A stretch of 63,309 nt of DNA, the filler included, from Pirum gemmata (lineage: Eukaryota), in NCBI GenBank assembly GCA_002812295.1. It is 27 parts of 27 records of this genome, joined end to end, with 100 filler letters (N's around TTAATTAATTAA, not from the genome) between each part and the next. Parts side by side here need not be neighbours in the genome. Positions count along the whole stretch, not along the records: positions 14,261 to 16,356 come from PDIN01008502.1; positions 16,457 to 18,555 come from PDIN01008503.1; positions 18,656 to 20,772 come from PDIN01008504.1; positions 20,873 to 22,961 come from PDIN01008505.1; positions 23,062 to 25,178 come from PDIN01008506.1; positions 25,279 to 27,368 come from PDIN01008507.1; positions 27,469 to 29,585 come from PDIN01008508.1; 20 more parts are not named here. One strand, 5' to 3'. Below, in pieces: positions 14,534 through 28,017 of this stretch. The translations under genes were made by a program, and so were the position numbers. The notes beneath the pieces are model-generated. The model saw only the letters and a program-made list of their open reading frames with translations. It ran no database searches and was not told the origin of the DNA. How positions within the stretch are numbered: position 1 is the stretch's first letter; every line of letters begins with the position of its first letter.

Positions 14534-14735
14534 TCATGTTTTTCAATAGTGTTGTCCAGTTCAAAAACTGAAATAAACGTAGACTACCAAGTTAAAATTA
14601 TGGTTAAACTATCAGACATTGTTTTAATTAATTTGGTATTTTATACTTAATGTTGTATTTTATAAACAAGTTCAATTATACACTTAAACAGTACCAAATT
14701 AAGCATTGAGAGGAAAACTGTAATGAAATAGACGA
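14534..14735 (+). mobile_element. MITE family A, full-length
   Basis: TCATGTTTTTCAATAGTGTTGTCCAG...AATAGACGA|TA; multi-copy across contigs. Confidence 0.85.
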
Positions 14736-14851
14736 TATATAATATATATGTATATATAATGTATATATTGATATATCGTGTTTTTTAATAGTGCTAAGAA
14801 TGCCAGTTGTCTTAAAAGCATTTATATATATATAATGTATATATTGATATA

Positions 14852-15047
14852 TCGTGTTTTTTAATAGTGCTGTCCAGTTCAAAAACAGAAATGAACTTAC
14901 CCAATTATTATTATGGTTAAACTATCAGACATGTTTTAATTAATTTGGTATTTTATACTTAATTAAAATGTTGTATTTTATAAACAAGTTCTTTAAAAAA
15001 ACAGTACCAAATTACTACCAAATTAAAGATGGAGAGGACATAGATGA
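14852..15047 (+). mobile_element. MITE family A, second copy
   Basis: TA|TCGTGTTTTTTAATAGTGCTGTCCAG start, collinear with 14534-14735. Confidence 0.85.
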
Positions 15048-15674
15048 TATTATAGTCATACTAGACTATAATAGACATACTATAGTCTAGTCTATCGATA
15101 CCCATCTACCCATAGCCCTAGACCCAGTCTATCTCTAGTAGCTAGACTAGTCTAGCTAGTCTCATCTAGCTAGCTAGTCTCATGAAATAACAGTTACTCT
15201 TGCGGCGGATTGCCTACTAGCTAGACTATAGTAGTATGGGAACATTCATAAAGGAAGTCATTTATTCTTTGATAGAAGTCATTGTTCGAAAGTGTGACTT
15301 AAACTGTTTTAGGGCGGTAATTAATTATTAAAAATGAACTTCAAAATTATGACCAAAAGTGTTTTGGACAAAGAGGCATAGGTAAGACTAGGTGACATCT
15401 TTTATGGATGATTCCTACACGTACTGGGTCATACACATATATAGAGTTTATGGGTATATTGGAGGCCGAAGGCCGACCCGACATACTCCGAAGGCGTCGG
15501 TGATAATAACATTAATATTGTTTATTTATCATATATATTCTCCTCAGATAGTATCACCAGTTATATTAATTACCTGATAGTTTACCTAATAGTATCGGAA
15601 TATTGTCAGATAATATTATATCACCAGCTATATTAATTACTTATTTTCATTCGTTTGCTATTACTACTACAATA

Positions 15675-15990
15675 TTAATAATTATCATGACACTTATTGC
15701 AGGTAATAATTCCCAATGATTGGTTTTGCTCATGATCAGAGCAGAAAGAATGGACATAATTGTTAGTTACATTGGGAGCATTTATGTGCCATTCCTACAG
15801 TACAAGCTAGAGCTGTTTCCGTGGCTGTGGAATTTATCATACAAGAATTGCATAATTATTATGTTTTCATAATCTGGATCATTTCCAACGTTGGAACACT
15901 GTTTGTGTACTTCAATTTTACAAGTTTTACACTTAAGATTATATCCACATTTTTTTTTACACACACCGCATGTTGTAAGAAGCATGTTCA
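15675..15990 (-). pseudogene. Frameshifted tandem PHD-like zinc fingers
   Basis: Repairing two frameshifts gives CGVC..CKTC..VHKQC..CNSC then AHKCSQC..YVHSFC..CNKC*. Confidence 0.6.
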
Positions 15991-16499
15991 AAACAGATTG
16001 CGTTCTTTTAGCATTATTATTATCACGGTTATTAGCGTTCTTTTAGCATTATTATTATCACGGTTATTATTAATATTCTTATTGTTAGCAGCATTAGTTT
16101 TAGTAGTAGTAGTAGAAGTAGTCATGAAAGTTGTAGTTATATCATTACTATCATTGCTACTACTATTATTATTATTATCAAAATTAGTGTCAGTTAAATT
16201 AAAGGATCAATTTCGTACAATATTGTACCACTTTTTAGACCTTCTTTAAAAACATCTTGATTATAGTTTCTCTTAAAGTTTTTCTCATTTGGCATGGTGT
16301 ACGAAATTGATTTATAAGATTTATAATAACAGAATAATAATAATAATAATAATAATNNNNNNNNNNNNNNNNNNNNNNNNNNNNNNNNNNNNNNNNNNNN
16401 TTAATTAATTAANNNNNNNNNNNNNNNNNNNNNNNNNNNNNNNNNNNNNNNNNNNNCATGGTACTTTTATTATTTATCCAGTTAAAACTTAAAACCATA

Positions 16500-17005
16500 T
16501 AGGTGTTAGGGTTAGGTGTTAGGGTTAGGTGTTAGGGACTGTTAGGGTTAGGTGTTAGATTTAGGTGTTAGGGACTGTTAGGGTTAGGTGTTAGGCCGCT
16601 CAACTTAGGCGTTGGGGTTAGGTACTGAAGGGTTAGGTGTTAATGTTGGATGTTAGGGTTAGGCGTTAGGGTTAGGCGTTAGGGTCCTCGTTAGGGTGGG
16701 ACGTTAGGGTTAAGCATATATAAACGTTAGGGTTATGCACAGGCGTTATAAAATAGGGTTAGGCGTTAAACTTTGTGGTTAGGCGTTGGGTGTGTGTGTG
16801 TGGGGGGGGGTTAAAGTATAGGGCTAGGGGTTAGGGTTAGGGTTAGGGTTAGGGGGTAGGGTTAATTAAGGATAGAGATAGGGGATAGGGTTAGGGGATA
16901 GGGTTAGTATGGGTTAGTTAGGTTGGGGTTAGGGGCTAGGGTTAGCTATAGGGTTAAGGTTAGCCATAGGATTAGGGTTTAGGGTTAGGGTTTAGGGTTA
17001 GGGTG
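16500..17005 (+). repeat. Degenerate telomere-like array (TTAGGG, TTAGGTG, TTAGGCG units)
   Basis: Direct observation. Confidence 0.85.
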
Positions 17006-17199
17006 ATAGGTGGAAATAGGTTTATGATAGTTTAAATTAGGATGGTTAGTATGATAATGTCATTAGAATTTCGAAAGGTTGTTTTCTTTATGTTCATTGG
17101 CTCATTGGCTTTCGTTGGCTATAAGAATACATACTGCATGAACATGGGCTAGCTAGTGTACTAGTGTATGCTTATAAAAAAAACTTGGTAGTCTGGTTT

Positions 17200-17290
17200 G
17201 GCTTTAGAGTAGTTTAGTTTGGATTCCGAGTAGTCTAGTTTGGATTTAGAGTAGTCTAGTTTGGATTAGAGTAGTCTAGTTTGGATTTAG
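17200..17290. repeat. ~21-bp minisatellite (TAGAGTAGTCTAGTTTGGATT) about 4 copies
   Basis: Direct observation. Confidence 0.85.
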
Positions 17291-17622
17291 TACGTAGGGT
17301 TGTTGAAGTCGAAGTTCCAACTCCCCCAAGGCTTCCAATCCAAAGGTTGCATATTTTTCGAGTGAATATTTTTACTATATTTTTCAGAGTTTTTTCAGAT
17401 TATTTTTCTGAGTATTTTTTTTTTATTTTTTTTTTATATATATAATAGTTGTATTGTGCTTTTCAGTTATTTTGTCGTCATAAAATATACAATAAATAGT
17501 ACCTTTCATTTAATTTGGTATAATAAGTCAATGGCTATTTTTTTAAATACGTATAATAGAAGTGGTTGTGGTGGTTGTGGTAGTAGTAGTAGTAAGGATA
17601 GTAGTAAGAATAGTAGTAGGAA

Positions 17623-17681
<59 letters not shown>

Positions 17682-17915
17682 NNNNNNNNNNNNNNNNNNN
17701 NNNNNNNNNNNNNNNNNNNNNNNNNNNNNNNNNNNNNNNNNNNNNNNNNNNNNNNNNNNNNNNNNNNNNNNNNNNNNNNNNNNNNNNNNNNNNNNNNNNN
17801 NNNNNNNNNNNNNNNNNNNNNNNNNNNNNNNNNNNNNNNNNNNNNNNNNNNNNNNNNNNNNNNNNNNNNNNNNNNNNNNNNNNAGTAGTAGTAGTAGTAG
17901 TAATAGTAGTAGTAA

Positions 17916-17986
<71 letters not shown>

Positions 17987-18269
17987 ATGGTAGTAGCTTA
18001 GCTATCATAGCTAGCTAGCTAGTAGAGAGCTAGTGTCATATAAAAGCAACAAGTCAAAACTTTTTTTTTTTTTTAAAAAATAATTTTAATTATTTTGGTA
18101 TTCTACAGTTAATAATTGGTATTTTTTATTATAAAAGAATTATTATAAAATTGGAAAATTCTAGTTGCAAAATTGTACCAATTAATCTATCGACTAGATC
18201 TATCGGTACATGTGGAAATAATTTGGTATCTTCAAAAGTATTTCTAAAGAAGTTTTATTATACTGTAGC

Positions 18270-18508
18270 TAGTGTCTATTCGTCAGCACGTCATTTTAAA
18301 ATGACAGCGTCATTTCCAAATGACGTTTTATCTCAAATCCAACGTGGTCGTATTAACACTCGAAAAGTATATCAAATGAAAGGAAATTACGTCAATATTA
18401 TGCATTGAGCTGATCGTGTCATTCATTCTCATTTCCCGAAAAGTTTGTCAAAGTAAAACTTCTTTTTGTCATTTCGAAATGACAGCACTTGCTGACGAAT
18501 AGAGACTA
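18270..18508. mobile_element. MITE family G
   Basis: TAGTGTCTATTCGTCAGCA (18270-18288) and TGCTGACGAATAGAGACTA (18490-18508), 18/19 inverted match including flanking TA; internal GTCATTT.AAATGAC palindromes at both ends. Confidence 0.85.
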
Positions 18509-18753
18509 GCTAGCGACCCTAACCCCTAACCCTAACCCTAACCCTAACCCCTAACNNNNNNNNNNNNNNNNNNNNNNNNNNNNNNNNNNNNNNNNNNNNT
18601 TAATTAATTAANNNNNNNNNNNNNNNNNNNNNNNNNNNNNNNNNNNNNNNNNNNNTTTCTTTTTTTTAAATTTTTTTTTTTAATTTTTTTTAAAATTTTT
18701 TTTAGATAAATAAATAATTGCAGGTACTAATTTTAAAAATATCTTTTAAATAG

Positions 18754-18811
18754 GTCCCGCAGTGTTTCACCTCCGCGTCGCGATAGAAGAAGATCTCGAT
18801 CTCGCTCTTAA
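18754..18811 (+). CDS. Terminal exon of an SR (RS-domain) protein
   Basis: Acceptor TTTTAAATAG followed by SRSVSPPRRDRRRSRSRS*. Confidence 0.65.
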
Positions 18812-20452
18812 TCAGACTCATGACCTGTGCAGCGAACCATAATATAAAGAAAACTTAAGTCAAACCAAAATAAGAAATGGAAGTATCTTATATGATTGTC
18901 GGCTTTTGTGTTTTTTGCCACTTGTTGTACCTACAAATTTGTTTTCATACTTATACCCAACATTAAATAAAATAGTTGTGTTCATGTTCGTTTTTGTTTT
19001 TACTGCTACTATTGCTGAACTATTGATCTTTTTGCTATTATTGTGGTTTTGGTTGCGGTTATTGTGGTTGCTCTTGTGGTTATTGTGGTTATTGCGGTTA
19101 TTATTAATATTTATTTTTAAGAAAAAAAAATCTCTATATCAAAGCTCATTTAAGATAAATCAAACTATTCTCGAAATTTTTGAATTATGTTAGATTGGTT
19201 CGAAAATTGTATGATTTTTTTTAGAAAAAAGTAAGCGATCAATTTATTTCTCTGGTTTTTTATATACTTAAAAAAGAACAATGAAATAACGCAGGAATTA
19301 AATCGAATTCAAGTGATGGGTGTCCAATAATGAAAAAATTGTTGTTTGATTGTTCAAAATTTTGGGGGGGGGGGTTAAAAAAATATCACAAATTAAATCG
19401 AATTCAAATGATGGGTGTTTAATAATAATGAAAAAATTGTTGTTTAATTGTTTAAAAATTGGGGAGGGGGTTGAAAAGAATTTTTTTTATTGTTATTATC
19501 GTAATAATTGAATCGAGCTCGAACGATGCCGCCCTATAATAATAGTATTTGCCAAGGTGAATTTATTTTTTTTGTTTCCCTTCGATTTTCATTTAGTAAT
19601 TTGAAATTTAAAATTATGTTTTGAATATAAACAAATACAAAAAAATTGCAAATTACTTTAATTGTAACCATTGACTAATAATGATAATTGGGTAAGTTCT
19701 ATTTGTATTTTTTTTTAAAGGACTATTCCGTTGAATAATACAACATTATTTATCTTATTATATTACCCTATTTTTTTGGGGTGTAACCCCCCCCCCCCTC
19801 TCAAATATAAATACACCTGTGCGCTCTTAATAAATTTTTTCTTATTTTTCAAATCATCCCCCCCCCCACTGTTCCCGTCCTCGGGCACCAATATAATTTA
19901 ACAAGGATTTTTTTTTTAGAGATTTTCAAATACCTCATACCATTTTTCATACTTCTATTTTTTTTCTTCTTTAGTTTTTAGCGTTTGTTACAATTGTATC
20001 ACCAACATTCATAATTTATTATTATTATTATTATCCAATACCAGCATTAAAAAAAATATTGTCGCATTTTTAGTGTGTTATTATTTAGTGTGTTATTATT
20101 TGCTTTTTTAAAAAAATAGTTTATCTTGTTGTTTTGCTTTGTTTTGTCTGTACGTTTGTGTGTGTATGTGTGGGGGTGGGGGATGTTTATGTTTGTATGT
20201 ATGTATGTATGTATTTATGTATGTATGTATGTATGTTTGCATTTATGTTTTATTTATTTTTTTAATATAGACATAATAGTGTACTAGTGTTATTGTTTTC
20301 TAACAAAAAAAAAAGTTAAAAGTATGTTGTGTGTATGTGTGTGTGTGGTTTTTTTTTTTTAGAATAGTAGAGAAGTATGATTTGAGAACGACTTTGTTAT
20401 CATCATCATCATCATCATGATCATTATCATTATTTTAATTTTTAATTGTTTT

Positions 20453-20577
20453 TTACAATTCATCACGTAAAAAATCCTGCCGGTCTATTACCGCTTGTAG
20501 TAACCTCCCACGTGTTTTTTTTTCCCGACTTTCAAAAGCTGGGGCGTAACGGGTGGCCAAATTATGTGCCCCGATAA
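20453..20577 (-). CDS. Terminal exon, probable RapGAP-domain C-terminus
   Basis: Acceptor TTTTCTAG; IGAHNLATRYAPAFESREKKTRGRLLQAVI resembles the RapGAP end pattern LINAE.A...AP.F....RTR..LL. Confidence 0.5.
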
Positions 20578-23282
20578 CTAGAAAATAATGAAATGAAGAA
20601 TTAATAATAATAAAAAGAATAATAATAATAATAATAATAATGATGATGATAATGAAAATGATAATAACAATAACAACAACAATAATAATAATAATAACAA
20701 CAATAATAATAATAATAATAAATAATGAACCCAAAACCTTACCCTGACCCAAAACTAAACCCTAACCCTAAANNNNNNNNNNNNNNNNNNNNNNNNNNNN
20801 NNNNNNNNNNNNNNNNTTAATTAATTAANNNNNNNNNNNNNNNNNNNNNNNNNNNNNNNNNNNNNNNNNNNNTTTTTTTTTTATTTTTTTTTTTTATCAT
20901 TGGCCGTCTTTAGCTAGCTAGCTAGAGGTTTTTTTTCAGTTTTATTTGGGTTGGTACTCAACTTGGTATCATAGGGGTTGGTATCGTCCTAAGGAGTGGG
21001 CCGGCACCTGGCTAACTCCTAGCTAGCTAGCTAGCTAGAGTAGTTATCAATAGATTAGTAACTAGCTAGCTAGAGCTATCGATTATTAGCTATGATAGTA
21101 GTACCACTGTACCAGTTGATTTTTTTTTTATTAGACTTTTCTTTTTTTTTTTTGAAGTCCTTGGCTTTTTTTAGTCTTTTTTTATTTTTTTTTACAAATA
21201 TTTTGTCATACAAATATCTGATCAAGGAGTTCAAAAAACTCCTTGGATCAAGACATTATTTTTAATTAGTAGTACTACTACATTATTATATTATTCTACT
21301 ACACTATCAATAGTCTATCAATAGTGTTATTCTATAATAAAAATAATATGATAAATTACTGTATGTCAATTTCTGCTACGATATATACGATATACTTACG
21401 AAAGTTACGATACATATTATAATATCATAATAATATGATACCTTGCAAAATGCCAGTGGTGGGCCGCTGGTGGCCAGTTAGAGTACTGTTAGAGTCCAGT
21501 TAGACATCCAGTTAGCTACTATACTACTAGCTAGCTAGCTATGATAGCTATCGATAGCTAGCTAGTCTAGCTAATTATCATATCATAATATTATCCACCT
21601 TGACTATGTATACTGATACTATACTGATAATATCGTATGCATAACTCAAAATAATATCTGAGCTGTGAAAAGTGTGAAGCGGCACTGAAGCCTGTGAATC
21701 TGTATGATATATCCTCTACTGATATACTAGATAATACTAGCTAGGTCTACTGATACACTACTGTCGTACTGATATCCTCAATTTTTTTTTTCTTGAACTC
21801 CTTGGTCTATTTTTAATTATTATTTTATCAGAAAATGATACTATGATACAAATAATAAATGATATCACTAGATATTTAAAAATTATTACTTTAGGGTAAC
21901 TATCAATTGCTATTTATAATTATTTATACTATCTATTTATCAATATTTATATAAATAAATGATATCACTGTATATTTAAAAATTACTTTAAAATAACTAT
22001 CAATTGCTATTTATAATTTTGTATGATAATATTATCATACTTAAAAAATTGCGGACAGTTACTATAAATTTTAGGCAAACGTTAATTAGAATAGTATTGG
22101 ATTTCTATTGAATTATTTCTTTCTTTCTTGTTATTTTGTATGCTTGAGGGTATCAATTTCTTTTTTTGGTTTTTTTGGTTTATTTTAAATATTACTATTT
22201 AAGCTATTGATTAATTTCTTTTTCAAGTAATATTTAATATTACTGCGTGATAAAATTATATTACTGAATTTATTTACGTGTGTGTCCGTACTTTTTAAAA
22301 ATGGAAGAAAACAAATTATTGTTTCAGGATCTGCACTCGAAAAGAAATCTTCTTTTACGGGAGGTAAAGCAAACTGAAGATGATTTTTTTCAGTATTGTA
22401 TTAACTTGCACTTAGGTATTTAATTTTGCTCATCTCATTATTTACATGTTTGTGCGTTTTTATGAATGTTTTTATGTTTGTTCTTCCTATTTGTTGTTCT
22501 TGTGCTTTTCTTTTGTTTTTATTTTTTGCTGTTTTGCTTAATTTTGTTTCTATTTTGTTTCCGTTTCAGGTTTATGTTTGCGGTGTAAGATTGGTCCTGA
22601 ATTTGTTTATTATTATGAATTAGTATATTTATTTTTATTTGGTTATTTTTATATTGTCTTTATTGTTGCTGTTGCTTTTGTCCCCAAAATATTATTATCA
22701 TTCGTGCTGGTGGTAGTATTAGTGTTGGTGTGGGCCTGGACTTGGGTTTGGTTTTGGGTCTGGGTCTGGGTCTGGGTCTGGGTCTGGATAACCATCAATA
22801 TTACTATAATTTGTTTGTTCTCTCGTTATTATTATTGTTGTTGTTGTTGTTTTTGTTGTATTGTTGTTATTTCTTATATATATATATTGAGTTATTTATT
22901 ACTTTTTTTTATATTACAAAATGTTATTATCTCTATTACTATTATTATTATTATTATTATTNNNNNNNNNNNNNNNNNNNNNNNNNNNNNNNNNNNNNNN
23001 NNNNNTTAATTAATTAANNNNNNNNNNNNNNNNNNNNNNNNNNNNNNNNNNNNNNNNNNNNTAGTAGGAGGAGGCAGAGAAGAAGCAGGAAGAGTAGTAC
23101 TAGTACTGGTACTTCACCTAAAGAAAAAACGTATATGCCATTATTTATTTCTGTATATAAGCAGCAAAAAAATGAAAAAAAAATGAAAAAAAATTAAATA
23201 AGTATAAAAAACTAGTAGCTTATATATAAAAAACTTTTTAAACAAAATTTAGCATTTTAATTAACAACAAAAAATAACAAAC

Positions 23283-23411
23283 ATGCCAGTTTACACTATT
23301 GTTCCAGAACTTCGATTCTCCAAACGCCAAAGCAAAGGCACCCCTCCAAGATGCACTGAAGAAGATAAAGTCTTAACTCACTGGTGCCCTGCATGCGGAT
23401 CAAAAGAATAA
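23283..23411 (+). CDS. Putative 42-aa small protein with CPAC motif
   Basis: MPVYTIVPELRFSKRQSKGTPPRCTEEDKVLTHWCPACGSKE*; GC-richer island bounded by ATG and stop, A-rich leader. Confidence 0.45.
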   Translation: MPVYTIVPELRFSKRQSKGTPPRCTEEDKVLTHWCPACGSKE

Positions 23412-23807
23412 ATTAAATATTACAATACTATGCTTGACTATTAAAATTAAAATTGTTTGTGAAAATGCTTTATATTGTTTTAAATAAATAAAACGAAGTG
23501 ATTAAAAATATGTTTATTGTTTTTATTATATTTGTGTATTATATTTTTCGAAAAAGGGATAGTTTAATTATTTAAAAAACGAAGTTTATTAATTTTCTTA
23601 TTTATTATTCCTAATTTTATTATTATTATTATATTTTTTGATTTTAATTAACAGCCAGATAAAACCGTAATCTATTTTAAATCTTTTTTTTTTAGATTTC
23701 TAAGTTCTAATATAACTATTCTAAAGACGATTTCATACACAATTACACATAATATTAAATTTTACAATATTATATGGCGGATATTAACAATTTTATCCTG
23801 TAGTTAA

Positions 23808-23842
<35 letters not shown>

Positions 23843-24154
23843 TAATAATAATGATAATAAAATAAAACATTGAAACAATATTGAAATTCTTACTTTTATT
23901 ATAAAAATAAAAAATAAAATACCTAATACTATTTTTTAATTACCAGAAATCATTTTAATTACAAGAGATCAATATTATGTGCAATATAATATTCATATTA
24001 TTTTTTAAAATTAATATATTATTATAATATACAGTAATATACTATAATCAATATTATGTGCAATATAATATTATTTTTTAAAATTAATATATATTATAAT
24101 ATACAGTAATATACTATAATATGTAATTATCAATTAATCGATTATTTATTTATG

Positions 24155-24647
24155 TTACATTGTAGAGGTAGTTTTGCCTAATCCAAAATTGTGTATATTT
24201 GTGGCCGTATTTCCTGGGAGCATTCCCAGCCTCCTTAACACATCATCTGAGCAGTTCGGTAAATAAGCTTTTTCTTGTGGAAGTTGATTGGAATTTAACA
24301 AATCACTCATTTTCTGACCTTGTTTTTGGAATGACTTTACTTGATGAATTTCTCGAATTTTGTGAGCAAGGTCAGTGACGTCACTTATTTGTATAATATT
24401 CTTAACGTAAAATTCAGAGAGATTACCTTTTAAGCCAATTTGTATAGCACGTGTTCTTTGTATTTTGTTGGGTTCCTTATTATCATCACTGCGCATTAAA
24501 TCACGAGCAGGATCCCATTGGATTCTGCCGTTACTACCCCCTCCACCTTTTTTGCATTGACATGCTGAAAGTAGATGGACTACTGCTGCATGCGGAAGCT
24601 TGATTTTAAGAACCCGGGTTTGATTGTGTTTATATCCATATCCACAT
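24155..24647 (-). CDS. Terminal exon of DUF4291-family protein
   Basis: RCGYGYKHNQTRVLKI...RIQWDPARDL...RAIQIGLKG...ISDVT motifs; acceptor (TG)nTAG at 24649-24648. Confidence 0.85.
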
Positions 24648-25278
24648 CTACACACACACACACACACACACAGATATATATATATCATATTGTTAAGGTT
24701 TGATTTTGTTATGATATTGCTATTGATAATAATCAATGATAATGATAATGATGTTACTGTTAATGATATTAAAATGAAAATAATAATGATAATGATAATG
24801 ATAATGGTAATGATAATAATAATGATAATAATAATGATGATAATGATAATGATGACGATAATGATAATGATATATAATGATAATGATAATGATAATTATA
24901 ATAATAATTATAATAATAATGATAAATAATAAATGATAATCAGTTTTTGATAATAATAATACTAATGATATTGATAGTGATAATGATCGATAATGATAAT
25001 GATAATGATATTGATATTGATAATGTTATAATGATAATTATATAAAATAATAATAATAATGATAATGTTAATTAAGTGCACTTTTAATGTTAATGATAAC
25101 GATAATATTAATATTAATAATTATTATTATTATTATACTATGATGATAAATGATAAATGATAATGATACTGATAATGANNNNNNNNNNNNNNNNNNNNNN
25201 NNNNNNNNNNNNNNNNNNNNNNTTAATTAATTAANNNNNNNNNNNNNNNNNNNNNNNNNNNNNNNNNNNNNNNNNNNN

Positions 25279-25769
25279 TTATTATTATTATTATTATTAT
25301 TATTAATGCTGTTGTTATTATTATTATCTCCTGTTATTATTGTGTTACCTTTGTCAAAAAACATAAAACTACTGTACTGTAAACATATTTTGTTATTATA
25401 CAAAACATTACTATTCAGGGATAAACGCTTGCTACATAAAAATTTACCACCATTACTACCACTTAACGGCTTCCCACTATACTCATTTATGCTTTTTCTT
25501 TTATTTTTGCTGTTGGACAAGTTGTTGTTGTAAAACTCTGGAACCTTTTCGGTCATTGTAATATTATTTACTAATTGATATTTATGCCCACTATAATTTA
25601 AGCTTTTTCTTTTATTTTTGTTGTTGGATAAGTTGTTGTTCTTAAACTCTGGGACCTTTTCGGTCATTGTAATATTATTCACTAATTGATATTTATGCTC
25701 GTTAGGTATTGCTTGTCTAATTAAAAAGCTCTCCGTAGCCTTCGCGTGTATTGTTCTGATTGTGGTCAT
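25279..25769 (-). CDS. 5' part of unknown Asn-rich protein with internal 37-aa duplication
   Basis: ATG with A-rich leader; HKYQLVNNITMTEKVPEF.NNNLSN.KNKRKS occurs twice. Confidence 0.4.
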
Positions 25770-26518
25770 TTTTTATACGAAACAAAACAAAATTCAATAT
25801 TAATATTAAAAAAATATTAATTAGAATTGGTAATTAATAATTACTATAATATTATGTCAGTTACTCTATATTATACTTATTACTAATTAATATTATTTTG
25901 ATTATTTCTAATTTATTTAATATTATTTTCTATTGTCAAAATAGAATTATTTGTATTATTAAATTTTTTATCATTAAAATTTAAATATGTTTTTTTTATT
26001 ATTATTTATTAAGATATTGTCATCAGGAATATTATTAATAAGTTTATTATCATTAATAGCCTATAGTTTACTATCAATTATTATTTATTTATTATTTTTT
26101 TAAAAAAAAATTATTATAATATGATATTTATTATTTATTATATTATTTATTTGCTATTTTCTATTTGTTATTTATTATTTACACATTAATATTATTTATT
26201 ACTTTTTGTTTATTATTTATTACTTATTATATTATTTACTATTAAAAACTTTATTGTTTATTGTTTATGACTTATGACTTATTATTTGTTATTTATTATT
26301 AAATTAAAACATTTAGTTAAATTTATATTATTTAAAAGTTTACTTTTATTATAGTTTTATTATCCATTTATTATTAAATTTTTATCATTTGTTATTTTTA
26401 CATTTATATATGTAAGTTTACTCGATTTATATATGTATGAAAACCGTTGTTTTTTTTTTTTTTTTTTTTGTAGAAATTATATTTTTAAAAAAATAAATTC
26501 TATGATATGATCTAGCTA

Positions 26519-26727
26519 CCCAATTCTGCTCAAACCCGAAAACTCAAATTTCTGCTGTCAGAAAAGCTAAAATTCAGCCCCGTTCGAAAAATATTTTTTT
26601 TTCGTATTTTTCGGGTTTTTAATAAATAAATATACTTGAATACTTAATTGTAAGCTTTTAAATATTTCGAACTTATCAATTAATATATAGACTCGAAATC
26701 TCGATTTTTAAACAGAGCAGAATTGGG
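26519..26727. mobile_element. MITE family F
   Basis: 13-bp TIR CCCAATTCTGCTC / GAGCAGAATTGGG. Confidence 0.7.
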
Positions 26728-27468
26728 AGACCTACTACTACTAGTAGGGGTCTAGCTAGCTACTCTCTAGATAGAGGTCTAATAGTGGTTTTTAAAAAAT
26801 CATGTAGAGAAATGAGAGTGAAATGACAAATGACTGTGACAAACGAGTCAGATTTGTGCGGATTTGTGCTGGATTTAGCTGGATTTTTCAGTTGGAGCTG
26901 GATCATTGAGTCGGATGACCGTGGATGACGACACAAACATTTCTACATTTTTAACCATTTCTCTATTATTCTCTATTATTGGCTAAAATATTTTATTTTC
27001 TTTTTATGTCATAAAATATATCTAATACACGTTCTTTAATTGGCTTACATTAAAGAAAGGAAGAAAGGATAACAATAAATTATTATTACCTAATAAATCC
27101 TTTTTTTTGGCACAAATGAAGTTGATAGTTTTTTTTTTAAAAAAAAGTCTACTGTAAACCAATGATATGGTGCAGTTGCTCAAGAACCACCGGCTCTAGC
27201 TACTAAGTACTAACTAGTAGAGAAAACCCCTTATAGAAAACCTCTTATAGAAAACCCTTATTTATATAAATATTATTATTATTATTATTATTTTTTTTTT
27301 TAAAACTTTGTAGTCAAATATGGTCATGACGATGCGGATTTAGCGAAATTTTTCAAACTAAAAAAAAANNNNNNNNNNNNNNNNNNNNNNNNNNNNNNNN
27401 NNNNNNNNNNNNTTAATTAATTAANNNNNNNNNNNNNNNNNNNNNNNNNNNNNNNNNNNNNNNNNNNN

Positions 27469-27690
27469 ACGGAAAAAATTAGTCATACCCAGAATAGACG
27501 AAAGATCCTTACCTGTTTTGGGTTTTTCAATTTCCAAAATATGAGCAATACGCTGAGGGTCAACCCGAACCCCAGTTTCACCAACAACAAAACCTAAAAC
27601 TTTAACTTGTTTTGCCCCTAAAACACATTTAGAACTATTTAAAGTCAACTTATTTTCAGTAAGACGTTCCAAAACAATTTTTAATAAGCG
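27469..27690 (-). mobile_element. Ty3/gypsy reverse transcriptase fragment
   Basis: VLERLTENKLTLNSSKC...VKVLGFVV...GVRVDPQRI...PKTGKDLSSILGMTNFFR. Confidence 0.9.
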
Positions 27691-28017
27691 ATAAACTACA
27701 TACCGCAGTTACGAGTTAAGTTGGTAAGTTAAGGTGGCACCTGTCCCCGTAAGTGACGCATTATCACGTCTCTTTTCCTTAGTGGGCAGCTGCGCTGTCC
27801 TCTTTCCCGTTTACCCCCAGGTTTTACGTTTATTATGCGCAAAGTGTCCATATAATATAATATACTTATCACATTACTAATTTACTATTTTCACCATGAC
27901 ACTCGAAATATCCAATCTTTTCTTAAATTGTTTATTGTTTATTGTTTATAAATATTGTACATGTTTATTATTAAATTTTATAATTTATTATTTATTGTAT
28001 TAATATATTGTTTATTT

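Noticed and set aside
18515..18555. True telomere at the contig end (also 20745-20772)
   Set aside because: C-strand faces the 3' end, the wrong orientation; interstitial or intronic repeat
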